58,673 nucleotides of DNA from Clostridia bacterium (GTDB taxonomy: Bacteria > Bacillota > Clostridia > Oscillospirales > CAG-272): contig JAFQEJ010000018.1 in NCBI GenBank assembly GCA_017399105.1, forward strand, positions 1-58,673. The letters run 5' to 3'. The notes beneath the pieces are model-generated. The model worked only from the letters and a program-made list of their open reading frames with translations, was not told the DNA's origin and ran no database searches. This document shows, piece after piece, positions 1 to 8,989 of the stretch. Numbering within the stretch: the stretch's first letter is position 1; every line of letters starts with the position of its first letter. Both the position numbers and the translations under genes were made by a program.

Positions 1-1172
1 ATGTGTCCGTTCTCCATCAGCCAGCGAACAACTTCGTCAAGGGTTCTCTGGTCGGAGACATCAAACTGCTCGGTGTCATGAGGGCGCTCTTCCTGGGTGT
101 AGCCGCCGACAGAGGTGCGCGAACCGCCGCTGACCTGAGAAACACCGAGTCGGAGCAGTCTGGAGCGGACAGCCTCGGTCTCGCGGGTGGAGATGATGAT
201 GCCGGTATAGGGAACAGCGAGACGGATGCAGGCGGTGATTTTTGCGAAGGTATCGTCGTCGATGCCGTTGTCAAAGACGTTGGGGTCGATATCTGCGGCG
301 CGCTTGATACGGGGGACACTGATAGTGTGGGGACCGACACCGTGAACTGCCTCCAGATGCTCCGCATGCATGATGAGACCGGCAAATTCATATTTGTAAA
401 GCTCAAGTCCAAAGAGTACGCCAAGACCTACATCATCGATACCGCCTTCCATTGCGCGGTCCATCGCTTCGGTGTGATAATTATAATCATGCTTGGGTCC
501 GGTGGGATGGAGCTTGAGATAGCTTTCTTTATGATAGGTTTCCTGGAATAGGATATAGGTACCGATGCCGGCATCCTTCAGCTTGCGGTAGTTTTCGACT
601 GTGGTAGCCGCAATGTTGACATTGACGCGGCGGATAGCACCATTCTTGTGATTGACGCTGTAGATGGTCTTGATGCAGTCGAGGATATATTCGATGGGAT
701 TGTTCACAGGATCCTCGCCGGCTTCGATGGCAAGGCGCTTATGACCCATATCCTGCAGGGCAATGACTTCAGCTTTGACCTCTTCCTGGGTCAGCTTTTT
801 GCGGGGGATCTGCTTATTCTTTGCGTGGTAGGGGCAGTACACACAGCCGTTGACGCAGTAGTTGGAGAGGTAGAGGGGGGCGAAGATGACGATGCGGTTG
901 CCGTAGAAGGCAAGCTTGATCTCTTCTGCGATTTCCTCGATCTTCCTGTTCAGCTCGGGGATGTCGCATGCAAGGAGCACCGATGCTTCGCGGTGGGTCA
1001 GTCCTGCACATACACAGCCCTCGGCAGTTTTCTTAGGGCGTGCCTTTTCGAGGATGGAGTTGATCAGCTCATAGTTGTGCTTGTTTGCCTCTGCATAAGC
1101 GAGGGTTTCGCGGATTTCACCGTCATGGATGAATTCTTCCGCATGAAGAGATTTTGGATTGTAGATTGCCAT
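1..1172 (-). CDS. hydG: [FeFe]-hydrogenase maturase HydG (radical SAM tyrosine lyase), 3' end beyond the left window edge
   Basis: Hand translation of the minus strand from the ATG at 1172 gives MAIYNPKSLHAEEF... with the radical SAM motif CVNGCVYCPY and ThiH/HydG-like downstream blocks. The frame stays open to position 1, so the ORF track did not list it. It lies immediately downstream of hydE. Confidence 0.8.
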   Translation of the reverse strand, partial: MAIYNPKSLHAEEFIHDGEIRETLAYAEANKHNYELINSILEKARPKKTAEGCVCAGLTHREASVLLACDIPELNRKIEEIAEEIKLAFYGNRIVIFAPLYLSNYCVNGCVYCPYHAKNKQIPRKKLTQEEVKAEVIALQDMGHKRLAIEAGEDPVNNPIEYILDCIKTIYSVNHKNGAIRRVNVNIAATTVENYRKLKDAGIGTYILFQETYHKESYLKLHPTGPKHDYNYHTEAMDRAMEGGIDDVGLGVLFGLELYKYEFAGLIMHAEHLEAVHGVGPHTISVPRIKRAADIDPNVFDNGIDDDTFAKITACIRLAVPYTGIIISTRETEAVRSRLLRLGVSQVSGGSRTSVGGYTQEERPHDTEQFDVSDQRTLDEVVRWLMENGH

Positions 1173-1221
1173 GATATCGTCCTTTCTTATGGGTCAGAAA
1201 ATCTTTCCCGTTAGATATTAT

Positions 1222-2271
1222 TTATTTTTTGATGTCTCCTCTGGCGCATACGATCTCATATCCGATCGCTCTCATCCGCGCTGCAAGATTTGCCTTGCAC
1301 TGTGCAGATTCGCTGCCGTCCGAGAGCTTGTTGTTGTAGAGCAGGTATTTACGTCTCACTGATGTGGGAGAGAGGTTGGGCATGACCACGTTGGCTCCCG
1401 AGAGAATGCCCATCTCGCGACCGTCCTCACGCAGGGTGCCGAGGGCAGTAGTGGAAGGAAGGAGCAGTGGTGGATGAATCAGCCGCAGGATGGAGAGCAG
1501 ATAACAGGTCAGCTCTACGCTGCCGGCGGGATGATCGCGGAAGGGGGTATCCTTGTGGGGAATAAAGGGACCGATGCCGCACATGTCGGGCTTGAAGGTT
1601 TCAACAAATTTGAGATCTTCGGCGAGCATGGCGTTTGTCTGATAGGGAGAACCTACCATGAAGCCGCAGCCTACCTGATAGCCGATTTCACGCAGGTCAC
1701 GCAGACAGCGCATGCGGTTTTCGTGGGTCAGCTCAGCGGGATGGAGCTTGGCATAATGCTCTGCATTGGCTGTCTCATGCCGAAGGAGATAGCGGTCGGC
1801 ACCGGCGGCATAGAGCTTTTCGTAGCTCTCGCGGCTTCGCTCACCCAGCGAGAGGGTGACAGCACAGTCGAGATAACGGGATTTGATCTCGCGCAGCAGG
1901 TCACAGAGAAGGGAATCGCTGAAGTAGGCATTTTCGCCTCCCTGCATGACAAAGGTGCGGAAGCCAAGCTCATAGCCTTCCTCACAGCAGGAAAGGATTT
2001 CATCGGGGGTCAGCCGATATCGCTCACAGGCTGAATTGGAGGCGCGGATGCCGCAGTAATAACAGTTGTTCTGACAGATATTGCTGACCTCGATGAGTCC
2101 GCGGATATAGACGGAATTGCCGTAGATCTCACGGCGGATTCTGACAGCACGCTCGGCAAGAGTGGCGGCGGCTTCATCATTCCGTTCGGTGATAAGGCAC
2201 TCATATTCGGCGAGGCTGAGTGAATGGGTTTCTGTCAGCTTGTCGATTAAGGGTAATAAATTATTATTCAT
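1222..2271 (-). CDS. hydE: [FeFe]-hydrogenase maturase HydE (radical SAM, biotin-synthase-like)
   Basis: 349 aa. It carries the CYYCGIR CxxxCxxC radical SAM motif and a BioB/HydE-like architecture (GGE motif, C-terminal region). It sits in an operon with hydG and a TM1266-like gene. Confidence 0.8.
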   Translation of the reverse strand: MNNNLLPLIDKLTETHSLSLAEYECLITERNDEAAATLAERAVRIRREIYGNSVYIRGLIEVSNICQNNCYYCGIRASNSACERYRLTPDEILSCCEEGYELGFRTFVMQGGENAYFSDSLLCDLLREIKSRYLDCAVTLSLGERSRESYEKLYAAGADRYLLRHETANAEHYAKLHPAELTHENRMRCLRDLREIGYQVGCGFMVGSPYQTNAMLAEDLKFVETFKPDMCGIGPFIPHKDTPFRDHPAGSVELTCYLLSILRLIHPPLLLPSTTALGTLREDGREMGILSGANVVMPNLSPTSVRRKYLLYNNKLSDGSESAQCKANLAARMRAIGYEIVCARGDIKK

Positions 2272-2524
2272 TGTTTGTAATTACGCTCGAATAAGCGGTT
2301 TTGACGCTGATGCCCGGGAGCTTGCCAACCTTGCCTGAGAGGGCGGCGATGATATCCTGGGGGGCGTCGATAGCGATACTGATGATATTGATCTTCTTTT
2401 CGCGGTAGGGGATGCCCATGCGTCCGACGATATACCGTCCGTAATCATGAAGCAGGGCATTGAGCGCTTCGGTGCTGTCGGGATTTTCTACGATGATGCT
2501 CATGACAGCGACTCTTGTTTCCAT
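2264..2524 (-). CDS. TM1266-like small ACT-fold 'iron-only hydrogenase system regulator' family protein
   Basis: About 86 aa from METRVAVMSIIVEN...GRMGIPY...IISIAID. It is the first gene of the hydE-hydG operon, overlaps the hydE start by 8 nt, and has GAGGT 5 nt upstream of the ATG at 2524. Confidence 0.6.
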   Translation of the reverse strand: METRVAVMSIIVENPDSTEALNALLHDYGRYIVGRMGIPYREKKINIISIAIDAPQDIIAALSGKVGKLPGISVKTAYSSVITNNE

Positions 2525-2540
2525 TTGATACCTCAAGCTG

Positions 2541-2590
2541 TAAAAAACTGCAAAAAATGATGCCGCACCCGAACAAAAACAGGCGCGGCA
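2541..2590 (-). terminator. Leader hairpin plus U-tracts in the 5'UTR of the hyd maturase operon (candidate attenuator)
   Basis: On the minus strand: UGCCGCGCC-12nt-GGUGCGGCA (9 bp including a G-U pair), followed by UCAUUUUUUGCAGUUUUUU. It lies between the promoter and the start codon. Confidence 0.4.
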
Positions 2591-2660
2591 AAAAGCGTTT
2601 TACAGCATTATATTACCGTCGCCTTTCACGCAGATCAATCTTTATGTCAGGCACACTTAT

Positions 2661-2689
2661 ATCATACCATATAACTATGAAATTGTCAA
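2661..2689 (-). promoter_or_regulatory. Sigma-70-type promoter TTGACA-17-TATGAT for the TM1266-like/hydE/hydG operon
   Basis: Minus-strand sequence ctaTTGACAatttcatagttatatggTATGATata. It would give an approximately 130-nt leader. Confidence 0.5.
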
Positions 2690-2762
2690 TAGGGGGCGTT
2701 TATTTGTCTTAATAATATATTTCCGGTCGGAGATAAAAACGAAAGCGCATCTGTGGGCTGGC

Positions 2763-3083
2763 TCAGAGGAGCTCATCCAGCATCTTTGCCAGTGCTGCCT
2801 TAGTTTTGAAGCCGATGGAGTTTGCAGCAATCTCGCCATTCCTGAATATCAGCAGGGTGGGAATGCTTGCGATGCTGTACTTCATTGCCAGGTCACTCTG
2901 TTCGTCTACGTTGATCTTGCCAACCTTCAGCTTGCCTTCGTATTCTTCTGCGATCTGTTCAACAACCGGACCGAGCATACGGCAGGGGCCGCACCACTCC
3001 GCCCAGAAATCCACCAGAACGGGAATGTCGGAATTCAGTACTTCATTTTCAAAATTTTCGTTTGTGAGAATCAGTTCAGCCAT
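2763..3083 (-). CDS. trxA: Thioredoxin
   Basis: 106 aa with a WAEWCGPCRM active site. Confidence 0.9.
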   Translation of the reverse strand: MAELILTNENFENEVLNSDIPVLVDFWAEWCGPCRMLGPVVEQIAEEYEGKLKVGKINVDEQSDLAMKYSIASIPTLLIFRNGEIAANSIGFKTKAALAKMLDELL

Positions 3084-3106
3084 GATTATTTCTCCTTTGA
3101 TTTTGT

Positions 3107-3754
3107 TTATGAGTTAATTTCGATTAACTGATTGATATAACTGTACAGGGTTTCTTCTGACATAGATCCAAGTTGATAGCCAGCCAGAGAGCCGTCACTG
3201 TTTATAAAAAATGTCATTGGGACAGAATAGACGCTGTATATACTTGACGCAGACAGATTGGTGTCACAGAAGACAGGGAACGAATAGTCATGTTCTTCGA
3301 TATATGCTTTGACTGTCTCGACGGTATCACGCTGACCGTCGGTTAGATTGACCATGAGAAAATTGACACGGTCGCTGTATTCACCGTAAAATTTATCGAA
3401 ATAGGGCATCTCTCTGAGGCAGGGATTACACCAGGTTGCCCAGAAATTAACAATGGTGGGCTTGCCGATATAATCGGAAAGCTTGACTGCATTGCCATCC
3501 ATATCATAGACGGTGAAGTCGGGGGCAGCATTGACAGCGGTTTCTGCTGAGGTTTCGCTGTCTTGAGCTGCAGGTTCTGTGTCTGCAGCGGGTGATGCGC
3601 TAGTCTCGGTTGAAGGAAATTCAAGACCGGAGGGAACGGTAACCGCCGTATCGCCTTCGGTGAGCGAATTGTAACCCACGACTGCGGCGGCGATGAGCAG
3701 GACGAAAAGAACAGCCAGCAGGATGAAGGATAGCTTTTTATTCATGTGAATCAC
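3107..3754 (-). CDS. Membrane-anchored TlpA/ResA-like thiol-disulfide oxidoreductase
   Basis: N-terminal transmembrane helix, a Thr/Ser/Ala/Glu-rich linker, and a thioredoxin fold with WATWCNPC. Confidence 0.8.
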   Translation of the reverse strand: MIHMNKKLSFILLAVLFVLLIAAAVVGYNSLTEGDTAVTVPSGLEFPSTETSASPAADTEPAAQDSETSAETAVNAAPDFTVYDMDGNAVKLSDYIGKPTIVNFWATWCNPCLREMPYFDKFYGEYSDRVNFLMVNLTDGQRDTVETVKAYIEEHDYSFPVFCDTNLSASSIYSVYSVPMTFFINSDGSLAGYQLGSMSEETLYSYINQLIEINS

Positions 3755-3755
3755 C

Positions 3756-4409
3756 TCACGAAAAGAGTGCCATCAGCGCGCTCATATGTCCCAGCATCAT
3801 GAGAATTCCGATGAGAATCAGGAAGATGCCGCAGACCAGATTGATTACACGGTAATGCTTTTTGATAAAGTCGAAGGCACCGCTCAGCTGGTCGATGAGC
3901 ACAGCCGAGAGTAAGAAGGGAATTCCCAGCCCCAGTGAATAAACGGCAAGCAGCAGTGTTCCCTGAAGGGATGTTCCGGCATTGGATGCAAGCATCAGTG
4001 CCGAGCCGAGGAATGCTCCCACGCAGGGGGTCAGGCTCACCGAATAGATGATGCCGAAGAGGTAGGCGGAAAGGATGCTTCCTGCATTTTTCGATGACTT
4101 CATGCCGCCGAAAAAGGGGAGACGGATGACCTCCAGATATGACAGACCGAAGATCACCACAAAAAAGCCGCTTACGGCATCCACAACCGTGCGGTATTTG
4201 GACAGTAAGCTGCCGATGGTACCGGCAAAGAGTCCCAGCAGGCTGAATACCAGTGTGAATCCCAGAACGAAGCTGATGGCGCGGACAAAGATGCGGTGTT
4301 TTTTATCGGCACCTGCCGCAAAGTAGGAGATATAGAGCGGGAGCATGGGGAGCATGCAGGGAGAGATAAAGGAGATGAAGCCTTCGAGGAAGGTGATCAG
4401 ATACTGCAT
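3756..4409 (-). CDS. ccdA: CcdA/DsbD-family transmembrane thiol-disulfide electron transporter
   Basis: 217-aa polytopic membrane protein with conserved Cys in TM1 and TM4 (FISPCMLP, LTPCVGAF). Its stop lies 2 nt from the TlpA-like start. Confidence 0.8.
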   Translation of the reverse strand: MQYLITFLEGFISFISPCMLPMLPLYISYFAAGADKKHRIFVRAISFVLGFTLVFSLLGLFAGTIGSLLSKYRTVVDAVSGFFVVIFGLSYLEVIRLPFFGGMKSSKNAGSILSAYLFGIIYSVSLTPCVGAFLGSALMLASNAGTSLQGTLLLAVYSLGLGIPFLLSAVLIDQLSGAFDFIKKHYRVINLVCGIFLILIGILMMLGHMSALMALFS

Positions 4410-4471
4410 ATCGGTATCCTTTCAAGCAAAGTGAGGTTGTGAATAAGTTTTGCAGGTTTAAGCGTGATTAT

Positions 4472-5218
4472 TCAGGCAAAAAAGATGCGATCATCAGCGA
4501 TATAACGCTTCACATGGAAGCTTTTTTCGAGAATATCGCAGGACAGGCAGTGCTCCTTGGTGCCATGGAAGAGCAGTTTGCCGTGCTCAAGGAGGAGAAT
4601 GTTGTCAGCGATGGTCACTGCTTCGCCAAGATCGTGCATGACGATGAGCAGAGTTTTTTGATGATTCTGTACCAGCGCTTTGATCAGATTGTAAAGCTCC
4701 CGACGCGCATCGGTGTCGAGATAGGAAGCAGGCTCATCCATAAGCAGAATGTCACTGTCCTGCGCCAACAGCATGGCAAGATAGGCACGCTGCTTTTCAC
4801 CGCCCGAAAGCGTATTTACCGCTCGGCTGCTCATGGCGGTCATATCGGTTTGAGATAAAGCGGTATCGATTGCGCTGTGATCGTTTTCTGCCAGTCTGCC
4901 TGTGATGCCGGTATACGGATTTCTTCCGAGGGCGGTAAGCTGACCGACAGTGAGCGGCGTATCGGGGAGCGCTTGGGGAAAGCAGGCAATCCTTTTTGCC
5001 TTCTGAGAAGAGGGGATTCGGGTTAGGGGAATGCCGTCCAGGGTGATGCTGCCGCTGAAGTGCTGCAGGCAGTTGATACATTTGATCAGCGTGGATTTTC
5101 CGCTTCCGTTTTTGCCGAGGAGGACAGTGATGCGGTGGGGCTCAAGCTGAAAGCTGATATTCTGCAGAATGAGGTACCCTGCTGCATTGACATTGAGGTT
5201 GGTAAGCTCAAGCATCAT
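4472..5218 (-). CDS. ABC transporter ATP-binding protein (FecE/BtuD-like)
   Basis: Walker A GKNGSGKST, signature LSGGEKQR and Walker B LLMDEP. It overlaps the permease by 11 nt. Confidence 0.9.
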   Translation of the reverse strand: MMLELTNLNVNAAGYLILQNISFQLEPHRITVLLGKNGSGKSTLIKCINCLQHFSGSITLDGIPLTRIPSSQKAKRIACFPQALPDTPLTVGQLTALGRNPYTGITGRLAENDHSAIDTALSQTDMTAMSSRAVNTLSGGEKQRAYLAMLLAQDSDILLMDEPASYLDTDARRELYNLIKALVQNHQKTLLIVMHDLGEAVTIADNILLLEHGKLLFHGTKEHCLSCDILEKSFHVKRYIADDRIFFA

Positions 5219-6191
5219 AACTCCTCCGTTTCATGAGAAGTACAAAGAAGAAGGGCGCTCCGATGAATGCCATGACGATTCCGACCGATATTTCGGAGGG
5301 AGCGAAGATCAGTCTGCCCGCAAGATCGGAGAGAAGTACCAAAGTCGCACCGATCAGTGCTGATCCTGCAAGCTGATGTCTGATGCCGGCACCCATCATG
5401 CGTCTTGTAATATGAGGCACCACGAGTCCGACAAAGCCGAGCAGTCCCGCATAGCTGATGACAGCAGCGGCGCTCATACTGGCAATGAGGAGAAGAAGCG
5501 TACGCATCAATCCGACACGGATACCGAGGGAGGATGCGATGAAATCTCCCAGTGAAAGTATGGCAAGCTTGTTTGCTAAAAAGAGAGATGCAATGAGGCA
5601 GAGTGCAACGAGCAGCGCAGGGAGGAGCAGTCTGTCGGCTGTGATGCCGCGAAATCCGCCCACCGAAAAGGCGCTGTACTGACTGAGCAGATCGGTGTCG
5701 ATGGCTGTGAGGAAGGAAATGATCGCTTGAAAGAAGGTGGTGCAGGCAATTCCTGCAAGCACAACGGTTGCTCTGCCGCCGCCTGCCTTTTTAGAGAGGG
5801 CAAGAATCAGGAGAGAGGTGAAGAATGCTCCGATAAAAGCGGCGAAGGGAAGCAGAAGGACAGAACCGGGAAAGATGGCAATTGAGAGGATTGCCGCCAG
5901 TCCGGCACCTGCGTTGACACCAATGGTATTGGGACTTGCAAGGGCATTTCCCATGATATTTTGCAGAAGCACACCGGAAACTGCAAGACCGACACCGGCT
6001 ATCAGCGCGGCGGCAAGTCTCGGAAGCCGCACCGAGAAGAGAATGAGTCGCTCGGTTTCATAGCCGCTTTGACCACAGAGCCCTCCGAGGAGCTCTTGTG
6101 CAGAGAGAGATGCACTGCCAATCGAGAAGGAGAGCATTACGGAAAGGAGCAGGAGTATGCTGAGGATAATATATCGAATCGGATACTTCAT
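5208..6191 (-). CDS. FecCD-family ABC permease (iron-siderophore/cobalamin/heme type)
   Basis: About 328-aa polytopic membrane protein. The likely start is MKYPIRY at 6191, giving an ATGA overlap with the SBP stop; the tracked ORF extends to 6293. Confidence 0.85.
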   Translation of the reverse strand: MKYPIRYIILSILLLLSVMLSFSIGSASLSAQELLGGLCGQSGYETERLILFSVRLPRLAAALIAGVGLAVSGVLLQNIMGNALASPNTIGVNAGAGLAAILSIAIFPGSVLLLPFAAFIGAFFTSLLILALSKKAGGGRATVVLAGIACTTFFQAIISFLTAIDTDLLSQYSAFSVGGFRGITADRLLLPALLVALCLIASLFLANKLAILSLGDFIASSLGIRVGLMRTLLLLIASMSAAAVISYAGLLGFVGLVVPHITRRMMGAGIRHQLAGSALIGATLVLLSDLAGRLIFAPSEISVGIVMAFIGAPFFFVLLMKRRSYDA

Positions 6192-7072
6192 GATGTTTTT
6201 TTCAGCAGATCTGCCAGTATGCTGTATGCCTCGACCCAGCGGGAATTGGGCTTGAAATGAAAGCTTTCCTTGGGGAGAATATGCACGCGGCATTCCTTTA
6301 CGGCGGTCAGTGATTGCCAGGTTATCTCGGAAAGCAGCGCCTCCACATTAGATTGTGCCGCATCTTCACTCCCCATCAATGAGAAGAATATATAATCGGG
6401 ATCGGCCAGCAGAATCGCTTCGATGCTCAGTCCGTCAAGGAGATGCGGGGCATCGTCGGCGATATTATAACAGCCGAATTCTTCGAGCATGGCACAGGCG
6501 AAATGATCCTCTGCACATTTTGCTTTAGTGGAGGAGGCGCTTGAACCGGCACGGATAAATAGGATGCTGCTATCGGAAGCATTGGCGGTGAGAATATCCC
6601 GGATTTCCTTTTGCATGGTGAGTGCGTGATCATATGCGGCGGTATTACCCGTAATGCTGCTGAATATTTTCAAGGTGTTTACATAATCATCGAAGGATTC
6701 AACTTGCAGTGAAAGGAAGGGAATGCCTGCAGATTTCAGCAGTGGGACAAGCTCTGTCTGTGCCGGAATGTCAGACGAACAGATGACAAAATCGGGATTC
6801 ATGGATAACAGGAGCTCGGCGTTGACTGTTTTGCCGGCACCGCTGTCCACGAGCGGCGTTCCCTCGGGGACGAAACCACGTTCAATGGATTCTCCGACCG
6901 TGATGTCTACACTGCCGCCTGCCTCCAGCCAGATTTCGGCAAGTGAAGAGAAGAGTACCGCTGTTTTTTCGGGCATTGTTTTCGGCAGCAGTGTATCCGC
7001 AGGAGAAGGTGTACAGGAGATTATGATAAACAGGCAGACTGCTATCAGAAGGGACAGAATGCTCCGCTTCAT
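6188..7072 (-). CDS. Lipoprotein substrate-binding protein of the FecB/BtuF (cluster A-II) class
   Basis: Signal peptide plus lipobox (IISCT) and periplasmic-binding-protein-2 architecture. It is coupled to the permease and ATPase. Confidence 0.8.
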   Translation of the reverse strand: MKRSILSLLIAVCLFIIISCTPSPADTLLPKTMPEKTAVLFSSLAEIWLEAGGSVDITVGESIERGFVPEGTPLVDSGAGKTVNAELLLSMNPDFVICSSDIPAQTELVPLLKSAGIPFLSLQVESFDDYVNTLKIFSSITGNTAAYDHALTMQKEIRDILTANASDSSILFIRAGSSASSTKAKCAEDHFACAMLEEFGCYNIADDAPHLLDGLSIEAILLADPDYIFFSLMGSEDAAQSNVEALLSEITWQSLTAVKECRVHILPKESFHFKPNSRWVEAYSILADLLKKTS

Positions 7073-7998
7073 TCGTTCTTTTCCTTAACGGATGCTGCGA
7101 GAATTTCATCGCGGCGAGCAGTCAGATTCTCTGAGAAAAGCTCGGCTTCAAAGTTTTTTTCACCGACCCTGTCGATTGCAGAACCGAGACGCTCTCCGGC
7201 ATAACCCCTGTCTTTGTACCAGAGCAGGATACGCTCAACGATATCACCGACCTCAGAGGGGGAGAACTTGCCTGAAAGTGCGGTTCCGATACGCTGTTTC
7301 TTTCCCCATGTGCCGCCCGCGTATACGGTACAATAGGCTTCCCCTTTTTCGGGTATGGCACCAAAGGCACATTTTCCTATGCACACGCCGCAGTGAATAC
7401 ACTTGATATCGTCGATGACCGCTTTACCGTCGATAACAGAGATTGCCTTCATGGGGCAAAGCTTGGCGCATTTTCCGCAGCCGCGGCAGAGTTTGCTGTT
7501 GTAGGTGAATTCTGTGTGACCTTCGATTCCCACATCGTTGATACTGGGCTTCATACAGCTGTTGGGACATCCGCCGACCGCAATTTTAAATTTATGAGGA
7601 AGCTTGACCTGTGCCATGCCGATATAAAAACGAGCATGCAGTTCCTTTGCCAGTGCCTGGGTATCAATATTACCGAAAACGCAGGTGCTGCCCTTACAGG
7701 CGGGAATGGGACGCACTTTGGCACCGGTACCGCCGAAGAAGAGACTGTGCTCAGCAAGAAATGCTTCGGCAGCCTCGATTTTATCGTAAGGAATACCCGA
7801 TATTTCTGCAGAGAGACGGCCGGTCATCAAAACCCTGCCGTTTCCGTAAAGCCTGGCACAGGCGGCGATTGCCTCTAATTCTTCGGCAGAATAGCTTCCG
7901 CCGGCGGTGATAACACGCCCGGAAAAGGCTTCGGTTCCGCGATTCAGCAGAAAGCCGCGCCCTTTGACACGGGTGATATCTTCCTTTGATATACTCAT
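7069..7998 (-). CDS. Dissimilatory-type sulfite/nitrite-reductase-like siroheme/[4Fe-4S] protein with a C-terminal 2x[4Fe-4S] ferredoxin domain (AsrC/DsrAB-like)
   Basis: 309 aa with CKGSTC ... GGCPNSC (the DsrAB/AsrC-type siroheme-cluster motif) and CRGCGKCAKLCP ... CIHCGVCIGKC. Its stop overlaps the SBP start by 4 nt. Confidence 0.55.
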   Translation of the reverse strand: MSISKEDITRVKGRGFLLNRGTEAFSGRVITAGGSYSAEELEAIAACARLYGNGRVLMTGRLSAEISGIPYDKIEAAEAFLAEHSLFFGGTGAKVRPIPACKGSTCVFGNIDTQALAKELHARFYIGMAQVKLPHKFKIAVGGCPNSCMKPSINDVGIEGHTEFTYNSKLCRGCGKCAKLCPMKAISVIDGKAVIDDIKCIHCGVCIGKCAFGAIPEKGEAYCTVYAGGTWGKKQRIGTALSGKFSPSEVGDIVERILLWYKDRGYAGERLGSAIDRVGEKNFEAELFSENLTARRDEILAASVKEKNE

Positions 7999-8140
7999 TT
8001 TTTATTCCTCCGTTGCATGATGCACAGTTTTGTCTCATTATATCACATTTTCGCGTACAATGCAAACAGGATATGTAAATTTAAGGAGTTTTTTGATTAA
8101 ATTATTTATAAATCAGAAATATTTATTTGACCGACAGTGC

Positions 8141-8169
8141 TTGACCGAGTGGAGGAAAAGAGTTAAAAT
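8141..8169 (+). promoter_or_regulatory. Candidate promoter TTGACC-17-TAAAAT for the HAD hydrolase gene, preceded by a TTGACCGA direct repeat
   Basis: TTGACCGAcagtgcTTGACCGAgtggaggaaaagagtTAAAATagt. Confidence 0.35.
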
Positions 8170-8208
8170 AGTAGGGTATATGATAAATTAAAGATAAAGG
8201 AAATTTTT

Positions 8209-8913
8209 ATGACCATCAAAACCATTTTTTTCGATATGGACGGCACATTGCTTCCCATGGATCAGGATTATTTTATCAGCTCTTATATGAAGATGCTGGC
8301 AGCGAAGCTGGCACCTCACGGTTATGAACCCGGGGAGATGATCAATTCGATCTGGAGCGGATGTCATGATATGTTCAGCAACGACGGCAGTGTGAAAAAT
8401 GAGGTGCGTTTTTGGGAGCGCATGGAGAAGATCTACGGGGAGCGCACAGCCGCACTTTATCCGCTGCTTGATGAATTCTACAGTGTTGATTTTAAACAGG
8501 CATCCCGATTCTGCGGTCATACACCGAAATCGGCAGAGCTGTTGGCGAAGCTGAAGGCGGCGGGCTATCGTTTGGTACTGGCGACCAATCCGGTCTTTCC
8601 GGCGGTGGCTGTCGAGGCACGCATAGAGTGGGCAGGTGTGATGAAAGAGGATTTTGAATTGATCACCACCTATGAGAATGTTTCTCACTGCAAGCCGAAT
8701 CCGGACTACTACAGGGAGATTCTTTCACTCTTGTTACTTGATCCCACCGAGTGTCTGATGGTGGGAAACGATGTGGAAGATGATATGGTGGCAGAGAGCG
8801 TCGGTATGAAGGTTTTCCTGCTGACAGACTGCTTGATCAATAAGAAGAACGCAGACATTACTGCTTACCCTCAGGGCGGTTTTGAGGAATTGGCAGCTTT
8901 TATCGGTATTTGA
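8209..8913 (+). CDS. HAD-superfamily hydrolase (subfamily IA-like)
   Basis: FFDMDGTLL motif I and a downstream GND..D motif. Confidence 0.8.
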   Translation: MTIKTIFFDMDGTLLPMDQDYFISSYMKMLAAKLAPHGYEPGEMINSIWSGCHDMFSNDGSVKNEVRFWERMEKIYGERTAALYPLLDEFYSVDFKQASRFCGHTPKSAELLAKLKAAGYRLVLATNPVFPAVAVEARIEWAGVMKEDFELITTYENVSHCKPNPDYYREILSLLLLDPTECLMVGNDVEDDMVAESVGMKVFLLTDCLINKKNADITAYPQGGFEELAAFIGI

Positions 8914-8989
8914 TTGGAAAATGAATATGATCACCTCATATGGGAATGATAAGGACAGCAGGTCTAAATTTCAAAATGAGGTGATTTTT

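Noticed and set aside
3-1214. Two plus-strand ORFs (3-551, 648-1214) and a minus ORF 17-424
   Set aside because: They lie antisense to, or out of frame with, the hydG reading frame. That frame is open on the minus strand from 1172 to the window edge and gives a clean ThiH/HydG radical-SAM protein. The listed ORFs are low-complexity and have no RBS.
8188-8688. 166-aa minus ORF overlapping the HAD hydrolase
   Set aside because: It overlaps a gene with the canonical DxDGTL motif and has no RBS. It is Cys/Arg-rich and not protein-like.
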